From Phyllosticta citribraziliensis (lineage: Eukaryota): 51,777 nucleotides of DNA. A program made the translations under genes and the position numbers. The DNA is taken from NCBI RefSeq assembly GCF_038025025.1, contig NW_027117342.1, positions 2,418,001 to 2,469,777 on the forward strand, in the 5' to 3' direction. Numbering within the stretch: the stretch's first letter is position 1; each line of letters opens with the position of its first letter. Shown here piece by piece: positions 13,056 to 25,191 of this stretch. The notes under the pieces are model-generated. The model saw nothing but the letters and a program-made list of their open reading frames with translations, was not told where the DNA came from and made no database searches.

Positions 13056-15740
13056 CTAGACCAACAACGCAAACATCAGATACGTCCGCCGCCAATACTC
13101 TACCGTGCCCTTCCTCAACCTCTCCTCCGCCGCCTTGTCCAGGCCTGGCAACGCATCCTGAATGCGCTTCTCAAGTGTGGCGAGCGTTGACTCCTCGGCC
13201 GTGGTAGCCGTGCCTGTTGATCGAGACAAGGCTCGCGAGAGGTACATGACGTCGAAGAGGAGATGAGTCAGTTTGTCTTTCTTGACAGCAGCAAAAGCCG
13301 CAGCGTCGACGACTGGTGCTTTGCTCGTCGATGTACCATTTGTTTCAGGTGGAGCAGAGGTAGGCGAGAGCGTTGGCTTGGTGGTATCCGGAGCGGTTTC
13401 GGAGCTTTCTTCCTCGTCGTCTTTGCTTTCTTCATGTCCTTGCTCGCCGTTTGCCTCTGCAGTTCCCTCATCAGCCTTGTTTTCGCCTTTACTGCTGTCA
13501 TCATTGTCCTTGTTCTCATCCTTGGTAGCATGTGAATCTTCTTCCTTCGCTTCGTCATCTTGAGTCGGCGGAGTAGCCGACTCAATAACGCTAACAGTCT
13601 CGTCGAGCAAATCTCCCACTGCACTTGCAATCTCCTTCTTTAGCACAGATACAGCGCCTGGTGACCAAAGATCGCCACCCCGAGACGTCATTTCTTTGCT
13701 CAGAGCACTCATGAATTTGAATGCTGGGACTGAGGGTTGGACAGGAAGCTGCGGCATGCCTTCCCACAGCGCTCGAGCGCGCGCCTTACGCGTAGAAGCA
13801 AACTTGTTCAGTGAGATTTTGTAGGTGGCCAGAGGCGTCGCAGCAACGGCTTTTGCGACTGAAAGATGGAGGGGTTGAGTGATGGCGACGGGGAAGGTCG
13901 TTGGGGAAGTAATGTTTCGCCTGGTCGAGTCGGACAGGGAAGCAAGACGTTGGCTGATTTCTCGCAAGGAGCGAAGAATAAGCATGGCTTTGAGTGGAGC
14001 GTCATGATCTGATGAGGTCAGAGCAGCCTGGGCCAGTCCTTCCACGTCTTTTTGCAACTTTGCGAGAGATTCGGAGAGTGCTTCGTTGAGCGAGTCCTCG
14101 AGAGTGCGCGGGTCGTCTTCGCTGAGAAGCGCCTGTCGCGAGTCCAGATCAAAATCGTCGTCGTCGTCGTCAACATTTAGGTCGTCATCCCATCTGGTAT
14201 CTTTCATTTCCTTGATCACGACAAAAACTTCTTCCAAAGACTGGGACCACGCGGCGTAGGTGCTGATGAGGCGTCGGAGGGAGGCGTTGATCCCATGACT
14301 CCTCTCAATGATTGCTTGCTTGAAAGCGGGCGCACCGTGGGAGATATCGATGGAGGTAGTGGAAGGATCCCACAGTGATGTGACTTGGTCAGATTGAACC
14401 TCATCCCAGTCATCAATGCTTTCCTTGAGCTCCGCCGTCACCTTCTGGAGCTGGGCCGCTCTGTTGCCGAAAAGCGTGCGCAGGCGATCAGTAAATGCAT
14501 CTCGCAAATCATCGAGAATGGAAGCTGGCTTGACACCAAGATAACGGTGGTTGGACGACAACCACGTCTCGAGCACGTCTCTCCGCACATTGCGGACAGT
14601 CTTCGGATCCTTGAGGTCTTCCAACACCTTTCGGACGGTATCAAGAAAGGACTTGATGGCCTGCTTCGACCACGCCTTGAGCAATCTCTCCGAGTCTTCT
14701 GTGGAAAGCTCGTCATGTCTCGGCCAGGGAGTGTAGTTCCTCACGTTGTCTGCAATCCAACGTTGATGGACATCCAAGTCAAGTTCGACAATGGCCTTGA
14801 TGTCATTGTCTTGCAACAAGGGTCTTGCCTTGAGCTTCACCAATGCTTCTGACAAGCGGTTCGGGAAGATTGTTTGGGAATCCTGCAGCGTTCGCACATA
14901 GAGCTTCAAGGCCTTTGGCAGGTGTTCCTGGTTAGCACGTCCCTCTTCGACCAGCCTGGTGATTGATTCAAGCCGAACGTGGTGGAAATGGCGCAACACG
15001 TCGCTCGGGGTAGAGCTTGTGGCGAGAGAAAAGGCAACCATGCTTTCAAGGACGTCGCTAATATCGGCACTTGGGCGGGAAAAGTGCTTGTCGACATTGT
15101 TTAGCAGCTTCCGCCGCAGCGAACCCAGCTGAAGCTTCAGACTCTCCAGAAAGGGTGGTGCATCTGGAGCTTTTGACAAATCGTTGTGGAGAAGACGGGA
15201 CACAACCAAGACTTTGGCAGCGAGGAAGATGGAACCCCTTTTCAAAAGCCGGCGCATAACTGTTGGACAACTCTGCAGCACGCGCAGCTGCGCTGTGAAT
15301 GAATAGCGCTCACCATCTGCAAACATCAGCCAAAGCTCAAGTGTTTGCAAAAGAATCTTACCCAGCTTGCGGGTATGTTCCAACAGGTCAGAGTAGTTTT
15401 TGGCAATCTTGTCTACTCTTCTCGAGTTGCATTTGCGCCCGATTACACCAAGAGTCGCATCAACGTCCTGAATCTGGTGGTCCATTTCAATGATGCGCTC
15501 TGCGGTCCCCAGCAGGTCGCGGTAGCTCGCGCTATGCAGGCCCAGTCAACAAGCTTTCCAAAGAGGGCTGGTCACAGCCAGACAGGATTAGACCTACCCG
15601 ACCAAGGAGCGGAGCTTCTCCCGATTCTCGCTGGCATTGCTGCGAAGTTGCTGCTCGAATTTTCGGACCACGGGCACGGGATACTTGAAAGCATCCTCCC
15701 AGGACTGAAAAGTCCGGGGATCTGGGGCATCGATTGCCAT
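13056..15740 (-). CDS. COG1: Conserved oligomeric Golgi complex subunit 1 (Vps51/Cog1 N-terminal domain)
   Basis: Exon 1 SWEDAFKYPVPVVRKFEQQLR..EKLRSLVG, intron ~15597-15532, then SYRDLLGTAERIIEM; C-terminal EYWRRTYLMFALL. Confidence 0.85.
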
Positions 15741-16405
15741 GGTTGGGGATGTGGAGTCAAAACACGTTGCCTGATTGGCGTGGCCGCCAGAGGAGACGTT
15801 GGAGCACGGCGCAGGATCGGACTATCGAATCTCCGGACTCACGCTGTCACGTGTGGTGAGAAAGTCAAGAACTAGATTTAACACTGGCACACTGGAATTG
15901 CCCATCTGTTTCTCCTTGGACACTCATCTCTTGGAATCTGAGAGGCTAAAGTCAACCAAAAGTCAAAGACAAAGACGAAAGTCGGGCCACTCATTCACCT
16001 CTGCCAAGCACCTGGTGGTCGCTTAACGTGATTGGGACTAGCGTCATTATTAGCGTGATCTCGACGCGTCTCCCACTGCTCTGCACATTTATTTCCTGGT
16101 GACCTCTGACTTCATCACCACCTCTCTCCACCCACCTCTCTATCAACGACCTGACCACCAGTGCCATCGTCCTCGGATTGCTGTTTTGACAAAAGCACGC
16201 TACCTGCACTCACAAATCACCCTTCTTTGCGCTTGAGAAAGCTCTCTGCTTCCAACAACCTCGCCAAACAATTCGCAGAAGCAAATCGCTTGTTTCCAGC
16301 GGGATTCTGCGATACAAAAAGGCATCACGACCGAGTGATCTCATTCCCTCCCCTGGTACAAATCCTCAGTATACGCCTTCTCCCAAATCAATATACAACG
16401 CCGCC

Positions 16406-17101
16406 ATGTCGCCCACCAAGCGCTCCTACATCCCCGCTCCCACGCCGCGCTCCCAACACGCCATCCCCGCAACGCCTGCTGTGCCGCATCCCAACACGGC
16501 CAGATTCCACGAGGCATGCCGCCGTATCATGGCCATCGCCGGCGAAAAGGAAGGCTCCGCAATCGTTTCGGAGATCCACGAGTGCATCGGGTTCTCGGCC
16601 CAAGTTGAAGCAGCCAACTTCTACGCGCTGCAGGCCGAATACGAGGAGCTTCACGGCAAATACAACAACCTGAAGCTCAGCTACCAGCAGCAGAAAGAGG
16701 AGCTGGCGGCAGCTCGAGAGCAGGCCGGCCTCGCTCCCAAGGCCCAGCCCAAAACCCCCGTCACGCCCTTGATGAAGACCCCGGACCGCTTTGACGGCAC
16801 CACGGTATCGGTACTCCTCAACTTCATCAAGTACCGCAGCGACATCGCGAGCGTCTTCCAGATCGATGCCCGCTTCTACCCGACCGACGAGGACAGGGCG
16901 GCATTCATGATCGACCGCCTCGAGGGCCACGCGCTGAAGACGCTGTACGGTGGCGCCAAGAGCATGGGCAAGGGCGTGGAGAGGCTCACGGTCGCCGAGA
17001 TCGTTGCCATCCTGGAGGAGCACTTTGGTCCAGAGAACTCTTCCGACCCGCACCGCGCTCTTGTTCTGGACGTCCGCAGGCAGCACCAGAAGAAGCGCTG
17101 A
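16406..17101 (+). CDS. Stand-alone Ty3/gypsy Gag-like protein (coiled coil + capsid N-terminal domain); candidate domesticated gene
   Basis: 231 aa; coiled coil then PDRFDG..F..YPTDEDRAAFMIDRLEGHA..LEEHFG..DP, the retrotransposon Gag CA-NTD pattern. Host-like GC3 codon use; no LTR, pol or RIP damage visible. Confidence 0.75.
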   Translation: MSPTKRSYIPAPTPRSQHAIPATPAVPHPNTARFHEACRRIMAIAGEKEGSAIVSEIHECIGFSAQVEAANFYALQAEYEELHGKYNNLKLSYQQQKEELAAAREQAGLAPKAQPKTPVTPLMKTPDRFDGTTVSVLLNFIKYRSDIASVFQIDARFYPTDEDRAAFMIDRLEGHALKTLYGGAKSMGKGVERLTVAEIVAILEEHFGPENSSDPHRALVLDVRRQHQKKR

Positions 17102-17681
17102 AAGAGCAGCTTGGGGCGTCCTCTGTGAGCGCAAGGGAAGGCACCAAGGAAGAATTTTGGCGCGAGCGTTTGGCGCATGGCATGGGGAGGATTAATGAAC
17201 GCCTACGAGGTAAGTCAAACCACAACGCCATCATTTGGACAATTACTTACAATGAAGAAGCATGATCAACGATTTCAACGAAGCAACGACGCACAGCACC
17301 ACCAATGATACCCCCACGAATGAACGAGGCCCACACCGTAATTCACATCACCCCCAAAGAACGAGGCCAACACCAGGAATGGATACCGAGCTGGAAGCAG
17401 TGGTTGACACGAGGCATGGCAAGGCATGTGGGCATCAGGAGTAAGTAGGAAAAAAGTTTCATTTTCTTTCGATCGTGCACAAAAGAACGCAGTAGGTATC
17501 TGGAAGAAAGAGGAAGGGGAAGGACAGCAAGATTCAGTAGGTGACTCTCTCCCACTAGCCAACCACCCATTCTAGACTCCATTCCTTTCAACGCCCACCA
17601 AGCCCATCAAAAACCCCAAGCTTTTCCCGTCAAACAAGTTAAGAACGACAATCACGTTTTCCTTTTGCTCCCATGCCCCCC

Positions 17682-18878
17682 TCACAGCCCGTTGTTCTTG
17701 AGGAAGTTGTTCATGTGCGCAAACACCCGCGAAGCACCGTAGTGCACATTGAGCGCATGGCCAGCGCCAGGCAAGATGAAGGTGTCGGAGTTGCCGCCTG
17801 CAGCCGGGAAGAGGGCGCCAGCGACCGGCGCCGTCTGGTCCGAGGGGCTCAGGCAATCGCCCTGGCAAAAGATGAAGTCGTTCTGGCCAATGACGACGTC
17901 GACGGGGCCCTTGAAGGCGGCGGCGGGCGCGACGACCTTGGCGAGGGTGAAGAACTCGCCAAACGTAAACGTCTGCTTGTTGTTGTCGGCCTGGGCAAAC
18001 AGGCCGGCGTCGTAGTTTGGGTTCTTGAAGAAGGTGAGCTGGTTGCTCTGCGGGCTGCCCGTGACCAGGTAGCCGTTGGACAGGGCGCCGAAGCGCGCGG
18101 GCTGGTTCTTGTTGGCGAGGGCCGCGTTGAAGCCGGCGAAGGTGAGGCCAAAGGCGCTCGCTGACAGGCCGAAGCCCGTTAGCATGACGGCGTCGATGTC
18201 GGCCGGGTACCGCGACGCGATGCCGATGCTCTGGATGCTGCCGAACGAGTGCCCGCCGATGGCCACCTTGCTGAACTTGGTGCCCAGCAGCGCGCCGCCG
18301 CGCAGCATCTGGATCAGCGCGTGCGCGATGTCCACCTCGAGCGGCGACTGCACCACCTGGATGGCGTCCGGGTGGTCCGACTGGCCCACGCCCAGCCGGT
18401 CGTACGTAAAGGTCGCGTAGCCGGCGGCCGCCGCGGCGTCGACCTGGCTGTAGCCCGGCGCAAAGTCCCAGTAGCTCTTGTCGAAGCCGATGCCGTGGAT
18501 GAGGAACTGCACCGTCGGCGGCGTGACGAGCGGCGGCAGCGACAGCAGCGGGAAGCACAGCTTGGCGTGGATGTTGAAGGTGCCCGAGACGGTGGCGTCG
18601 GGGCCCGTCAGCGACTGCACCAGCGTCGAAGTCGATGTCAGATACTGCGTGAAGATGTCCGTGACGGCCGACTGGTTGGCCGGCAGGTTGAAGTTGAGCT
18701 GCGTGTTGCCCGTCGTCGTGACTTGCACGGCAACGAGGCCGCTGTAGCACTGCGCCTTGCCGCCCTGGGACAGCGACAGGACCGGTATGGTTTGGAAGCC
18801 AGTCAGGCTGCTGAGGAGGGGGATCGTGAGTGCCGAAGCCCCGGAGGCAAGCACTGTGGCGAGGGCAAAGTTCCGCAT
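17682..18878 (-). CDS. Secreted alpha/beta hydrolase
   Basis: Signal peptide MRNFALATVLASGASA; HGIGFDKSYW, YDRLGVGQSD, nucleophile elbow GHSFG, C-terminal GHALNVH. Confidence 0.88.
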   Translation of the reverse strand: MRNFALATVLASGASALTIPLLSSLTGFQTIPVLSLSQGGKAQCYSGLVAVQVTTTGNTQLNFNLPANQSAVTDIFTQYLTSTSTLVQSLTGPDATVSGTFNIHAKLCFPLLSLPPLVTPPTVQFLIHGIGFDKSYWDFAPGYSQVDAAAAAGYATFTYDRLGVGQSDHPDAIQVVQSPLEVDIAHALIQMLRGGALLGTKFSKVAIGGHSFGSIQSIGIASRYPADIDAVMLTGFGLSASAFGLTFAGFNAALANKNQPARFGALSNGYLVTGSPQSNQLTFFKNPNYDAGLFAQADNNKQTFTFGEFFTLAKVVAPAAAFKGPVDVVIGQNDFIFCQGDCLSPSDQTAPVAGALFPAAGGNSDTFILPGAGHALNVHYGASRVFAHMNNFLKNNGL

Positions 18879-19841
18879 GGCTGCTGGTAGTTCGAGATGC
18901 CGGAGCAGAAAGAGATGATTGGAGTCGGCTTCTGTCGCGGTTCTTGCAAAGTGAAAGGCCTGGGATACAAAAGATGGGCAACTTGAGACTCCACAGTAGT
19001 TAAATGCAACTCGCTCCCGACCAAGACCACGAGGCAAACATGCTTCGCGGTGGCTGTGAAGTCCATGACAAACCGCCCAGCGAAGACCGAGAGACTGGCA
19101 CCAGGGCGGGCTGGATCCAGAGCATCCAGTTGTCTGGATTCGATAGTCAAAAAGGGCAGTCGCTAAGGCCTCTCGCGAGGCCGGCTAGTCCCAAAAGTCT
19201 CGTAGCGGGACTGCGGGGGAGCCCGAGCAATCGTCTCGCCAGTGGCTTTCTAGAAGGCAATTCGATAAACCGCAGCGCCTTTTCGCATCTGCGGTTCCTC
19301 GGGCTGTGCTTCTAGCCGACCGTTGCGCAGCAAGCGTGGACTTGCATCGTCGATTGGGACCATGCCGCTGTGCCACAGCCGCGGTTGAGGGTTGACAGAT
19401 TTTGGTTCTCGGTGACAGTTCTTCCCAGGGCGGCAGGGCATTTGCAATCGAAGCCATGCTGAGCTTAGTGCCCAGTCTGGATTCAGTATGGCACACCAAA
19501 TGGAGCTCTGCTGCTGGCCCTGCCGGTCCACTAGGATGAAAGTGGCAAGCTGACGGCCGTTTGCAGCGTCAGGCATGGTGAAAGTGGCATTTTACCGAGG
19601 AAATGCGGAGGATTCCAGAGACCCTGATATTGGAATTCTTGGGGGCGCTGTTCGGGTCGTTCCTGAGAATCCTCTGGTACGCAGGCGCTAGACCGAAGCC
19701 TTTCGTTCCTGATTTTTCTTTTTTTCAATGTCTTCAACACTGCTATTTGTCGCTTCGTATCCCGTACGAGACTGGGACCAGGCAAGCCTGCGCTCAGTCA
19801 TAGCGCTTTTGGTTTGTCGACTCAGCACGGAATCAATGGAC

Positions 19842-19879
19842 AAAAAAAAAAAAAAAAAAACAACAACAACAACAACAAC
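19842..19879 (+). repeat. poly(A) run followed by (CAA)n microsatellite
   Basis: A19 then CAA x6, read directly. Confidence 0.9.
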
Positions 19880-22800
19880 GCAGATTGCTGAGTCGGCATC
19901 TAGAACCCGCAGAAGACGTCGTTTCAAGATGACGGGCGTCTCGAACCTGGCAAATTGTTTTTTGCTTTTGAGATAGCCCAGAAATGAAAGAGACTATGGA
20001 GATTGAGAGAGAAATCCTTTTAGCTCTGAGGACACATGGTATGAGGTATGGCGCGCAGAAGTCTCAAGACTTGACGAGGCTCAAATGGCCAAACGGAAAG
20101 CGAAGACGAAATATGGCAACAAACTTTGAGGGAAACTAGGTGTTACTCATGTCGAGGACCATGAGATGAACTGCTAGCAGTACGCATACCTTGTCTCTAG
20201 AAGAATGACCTCTGTGAAAGCCATCTCGGTGGCTGGAGTTTTGCTTTGAATGCTTACCTGGTATTCAGGAGGGAGTATATGCGAACGCTTTTGCCCCTTC
20301 GAAGTCAGACTAAATTACCATGATAATTGGGCAAAGACAGAAATGTTATGGGTGCAATCGAGTTTTTGAGGAAACCTGCGGTTCTGCGAGTGGCGGATTG
20401 CACCTGGCACAGTCGATGCCGGCTGCAGACTGACCAACTCGATCTTGATGCTGCAATTCAGGCAACCCGCTGACGTGTAGGCGATGCAGTGCAGAATCAA
20501 TGAGATCGAATTGACATCAGGACGGTGCAGAGGCATCGGATTTCGATGCTTTGTCGGCCCTGACTAAGAGTGACGTTGATGCGAAATAATAATCAGATTG
20601 TAGAATCTGGAGAAGAAAAAGAAGCGGAGATAATGTGGCTAAGCCCGGTGCCAGTGACCGAGCATGACGTATGGCATGTGGCTGACTCGCGTGCTTCAAC
20701 CTGGAGGACCGTTCCGCAGAGCCTCAGGCGCGTGGTGTGCTCGAAGAACCTGGAACCCCGGCCGGCGACGTGTGTGTGATGTATTGAATGGAGAAGATTT
20801 GGTGAGGAGGAGAAATCTTGAAAAAGTTTGTTCAAAGGGTAAGTCGTAGGTTCTCAATGCACGGCACAACACCAGCCAGTCAACAACAACACGGCTGGTC
20901 TCCCATGAAGCGTTGCATGAAGACGCTGAGAAAAATAACCTTGAATTGTGGAGACAGAGTCTAGACGGCAAGGCATCGTTGGAGAGGGGGGAGGACTCGA
21001 AACACGTGCAAGAATGAGATGCGAGCCCAATCAGGAAGCAGGATCCCCTGACGCGAGGTTGATCGTTGATCTGAGAGCTTCCAGCGTCTTCGTGATGCGG
21101 CCCGGTCGGCAAAAACGTGCCGTCTTGGGAGCTTTCAGGGACAACCAAGATTGAGAGCGGTGTCTCTGATGTACATCCACGTGTCGTTTCAAGTCCCCAG
21201 TGTCGAGCGGCTGTGGCCTCCGAATGGCGGATGCGTTCCCGCAGCGAAAGCGGGAGTGCGGTAGGCGCACTGTGCAGCGCAGTCGCCCGTGGATCGAAAG
21301 AGAAGTCGAACGTGACAGCTAACACGCTGATTGTTTCCATTATCAAATGCAGGTGTCAAAGGTGGTGATCAGCAAGTCTTGATCGTCGAGTGTTTGGTGG
21401 CTTCGAGAAAAGCGCTGCTCCCATTGACATGCTTCTGGCGTCAGGCCGCTGTCAGACTGGGCTGGCTGGGGGTGCCATGTTGCCAGCCACGACAATGACC
21501 TGGAGGTTGCATCACCAAAGCACTCTTTGGGATTTTGGAGGGAGCCTGGACAATGGAAGAATGGAGCGGGCCGATCTACGCAGCAGCTGTGGCAGTGGCA
21601 CGATGGTCGAGGGGTGCCGTCATCCGGGGAGGCCAAACGGTGGGACTGCCGGCATCTCGCTCCCGACCGCTGCAGGGTCGTGGCGTCGAGGGCCAGTTTA
21701 TGCCTAAAGAGGACGTTGAAGCCAGGTCAGCGGAGTTGGTTCGAAGTTGGCTCGGACCACACTAATGTGGCCATCCCCAGTGCAACAGTACGAGATGGCC
21801 TGGAGGGAGTGGCACAGATGGGAGTAGTTGTAGTGGTGCGGGGCGGTAGTTGACGTCGGGATTGTTAGCCCAAAACGGCGAGCAGGCGGCCACGACTTGC
21901 GTGCGCCGTGTTGGCTCTGGGGAAACAGCACAATTGCTGGGCATTACGGATCAAGCTTTCTTTTCCGGCTTGGCAAGTCTTGACGCTGGACGCACGGGGT
22001 CTCCAAATTACCACTTGTGGATTTGGCAAGTCGACGACAGCCCCTGATGACCTCGAGCAGCAGGGGATGCGAGAGAAACCCCACGAAATGCGAGTGAGAT
22101 CAGGGACTTGGCCTCAAGGCGGTGGTCAGCTAAGCACTTGGCCTCGACCGCTGCAGACTCCAGCAATGACATGCGTCGGGAGAGCGGCAGCGGGCAGCGG
22201 GCAGCTTGGCAATGCAACAACAACCTTATGGGCTGCCAGAGCAGAGCAGAGCAAGCAGCGACAGATGTCCGAAAGCATCAGGGTGCCGCGTATCCGTCCA
22301 GGCAGTCCTGTTGTTGTGGTGCCGTGCCGTGTTGCGTCTGGCTGGTGGCTATAGCTCCTCGAGCTTGGGCGGCCGGCAGGGAGGGAGCTCCTGCGTCACA
22401 GCTTCCGGTTCCACCCACTCACCACACGATACCTGACCTTACCCCGCCAACCACCCATTACGGATACGCCCAATTCCCTTCGTCCAGCGGAGGACGCCAG
22501 CCAGAGGGTAGGGCTGCTGACGGGGGCAAGGATAGCCCGGCCTGCGAGCACGAGAAGCTGGTTCCGAAGACGAGGAGTGCGGTTGGCAAAGAGCTCCAGT
22601 TCCTCTCACGGCGCGTTTGCTAATGGGCCAGGAGACCCCGCATCTCAGCCAACGGATCCCGGAGACGAGGCCAATTTCGCCCTGGACCATGCCTGACCTG
22701 AAGCTTGAGCGCCATGAAGAAGTGGGGAAGCTTTGTGCGCCTGTCTCTGTGCTGTGCTGTGCTGTGCCCTCGAGATGCCACCTCTCAGGTCTCTCTGCCC

Positions 22801-23193
22801 GTCCGCGTCCCCGTCGCCGCCATCCCGGGTGTCGAGCTGTCGTCCATCATCCCTTTGCCGGTCTCGCCGCCTCTGTCATTACGGTGGGGAACTGCAACGC
22901 GAGTGTATATATAGTTGGCCTGCCGCGTCCCCAGTGCTCCATCATCTCACCAGACGCTCATCACCTGAATCGCATCCACCTGCTACCCCTTGAACCCCCA
23001 AGGTAATTACTCCCGCCGACGTCACTCCTGCTGCCGCATTGCCGATGTTCGCCATTCCCTGCTGCGTCCGAGCGAGCCATCCGGCACCCCTGGAACCTCG
23101 TAGCTGACGTGGATTGGTTTCCAGGCTCAGCGTTTAAAAGTCCCACGACTGCCTCTTCCAGACACACCTCTTTTCTCACACCAACTCTTCACC

Positions 23194-24738
23194 ATGGTAT
23201 TCCTCCGCTCCGCTTCTCGTCTTGCGCGTCCCGCATCTTCTGCGCTTTCTGCAGCTGCCGCCCCCCGCGTCACCTGCGGGTCTTCGCTGCTGCAGCAAAG
23301 ATACCCTGCTGGCATCAGAACGCTAACCGCAACCGCACGGCAACAGGGCAAGGTCCTTCTCTGTCTCTACGACGTAAGTCTTCTCCAATTGAGTGCCAAT
23401 GGCACTGTGCCGTCTGGCGTTGGTGGTCGCGTATGACTGACGTCACTCTCCTTGCAGGGCGGTATCCACGCCGAGCAGCAGCCCGAGCTCCTCGGAACCA
23501 CCGAGAACGAGCTTGGAATCCGCAAGTGGATTGAGTCTCAGGGCCACACTCTCGTCACCACCTCTGACAAGGAGGGCGAGAACTCTGTCTTCGAGAAGGA
23601 GCTCGTCGACGCCGAGGTCATCATCACCACTCCGTATGTCAACCCACTGGACCCTACCACCACGACCAACAACGCTTACACTTTTTCCCCAGCTTCCACC
23701 CTGGCTACCTGACCGCTGAGCGCCTGGCCAAGGCGAAGAACCTCAAGCTCGCCGTTACCGCTGGTATTGGCTCCGACCACGTCGACCTCGATGCCGCCAA
23801 CAAGACCAACGGCGGTGTCACCGTCGCCGAGGTCACCGGCTCCAACGTCGTCTCTGTCGCTGAGCACGTCATCATGACCATCCTGACTCTGGTCCGCAAC
23901 TTCGTGCCTGCCCACGAGCAGATTGAGCGCGGCGACTGGAACGTGGCCGAGGTGGCCAAGAACGAGTACGACCTGGAGGGCAAGGTCGTCGGCACCGTCG
24001 CCGTCGGCCGCATTGGCGAGCGCGTGCTGCGCCGCCTGCGGGCCTTTGACTGCAAGGAGCTGCTCTACTACGACTACCAGCCCCTGTCTCCTGAGAAGGA
24101 GAAGGAGATTGGCTGCCGCCGCGTCGACAACCTCGAGGAGATGCTCGCTCAGTGCGATGTTGTCACCATCAACTGCCCGCTGCACGAGAAGACGCGCGGC
24201 CTGTTCAACAAGGAGCTCATCTCCAAGATGAAGAAGGGTAGGTTAATTGCGCCCTCCCCTCAGCCTGCCCACCTCCCTCCCTAGCTACCCCACCTTCCCC
24301 TCCCGCTCGCTCCCGCCGGGCCCCACATGTAGCCACCGCCATCCAAACCATGACCACAACAACGCCACTAACAACACACCCCTCGCAGGCTCATGGCTCG
24401 TCAACACGGCGCGCGGCGCCATCGTGGTCAAGGAAGACGTGGCCGAGGCGCTCAAGAACGGCCAGCTGCGCGGCTACGGCGGCGACGTGTGGTTCCCGCA
24501 GCCGGCGCCCAAGGACCACCCGCTGCGCACGGCCAAGAACGCGTGGGGCGGCGGCAACGCCATGGTGCCGCACATGTCGGGCACGTCGATCGACGCGCAG
24601 AAGCGCTACGCCGCCGGCACCAAGGCCATCTTGGACTCGTACTTCTCCGGCCGCGAGGACTACCGCCCCGAGGATCTGATTGTGACCAAGGGCGATTACG
24701 CTACCAAGGCGTACGGCCAGAGGGATGGTAAGAAATAA
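23194..24738 (+). CDS. fdh: NAD-dependent formate dehydrogenase
   Basis: [65 protein letters not shown]. Introns 23374-23457, 23634-23692, 24238-24388; optional intron 23197-23346. Confidence 0.97.
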
Positions 24739-25191
24739 GGGGTTCGACAGAGAGAGAGAGAGAGAGCGCGAGGGGGAGAGAAGCGTGATGTTGGCGTGGT
24801 ATGATATCCAAAGTTGAGTGGAATGTGCAGGAGAGAGTGTTGGAGATTACTACGTATCTATCGTAGCTGAAAACAGCGAAATTTCAATTTGTTCTCAACT
24901 ACACGCTGGCATCTTATGCAGTTGTGATTCCCGTGACTTTTCTGTGGTATGACAATATTGGCGGATGACTGTGAACTGACTTGGTTCTTGGTCCGAGCGA
25001 GCTTGCTGGAGGCTCTCGAATGACGGAGTTGGTCAACTGAAAGATGAAGGTGATATGGTGTACACCCACCAACTGAGCATGTAATTAATTAACCGCCAGG
25101 GTATCTATGTCATCTATATCTTTGTCCGGCATCCATGCCGCCATGCAGCCATCAAATCTACACCAAATCTACACCGAGATACAGTCTCATC

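Noticed and set aside
17572..18981. 469-aa alternative-frame ORF over the hydrolase
   Set aside because: R/P-rich off-frame product of GC-rich codons.
2192..24766. (GA)n tracts at ~2192, ~11935 and ~24748
   Set aside because: Ordinary microsatellites in UTRs or introns.
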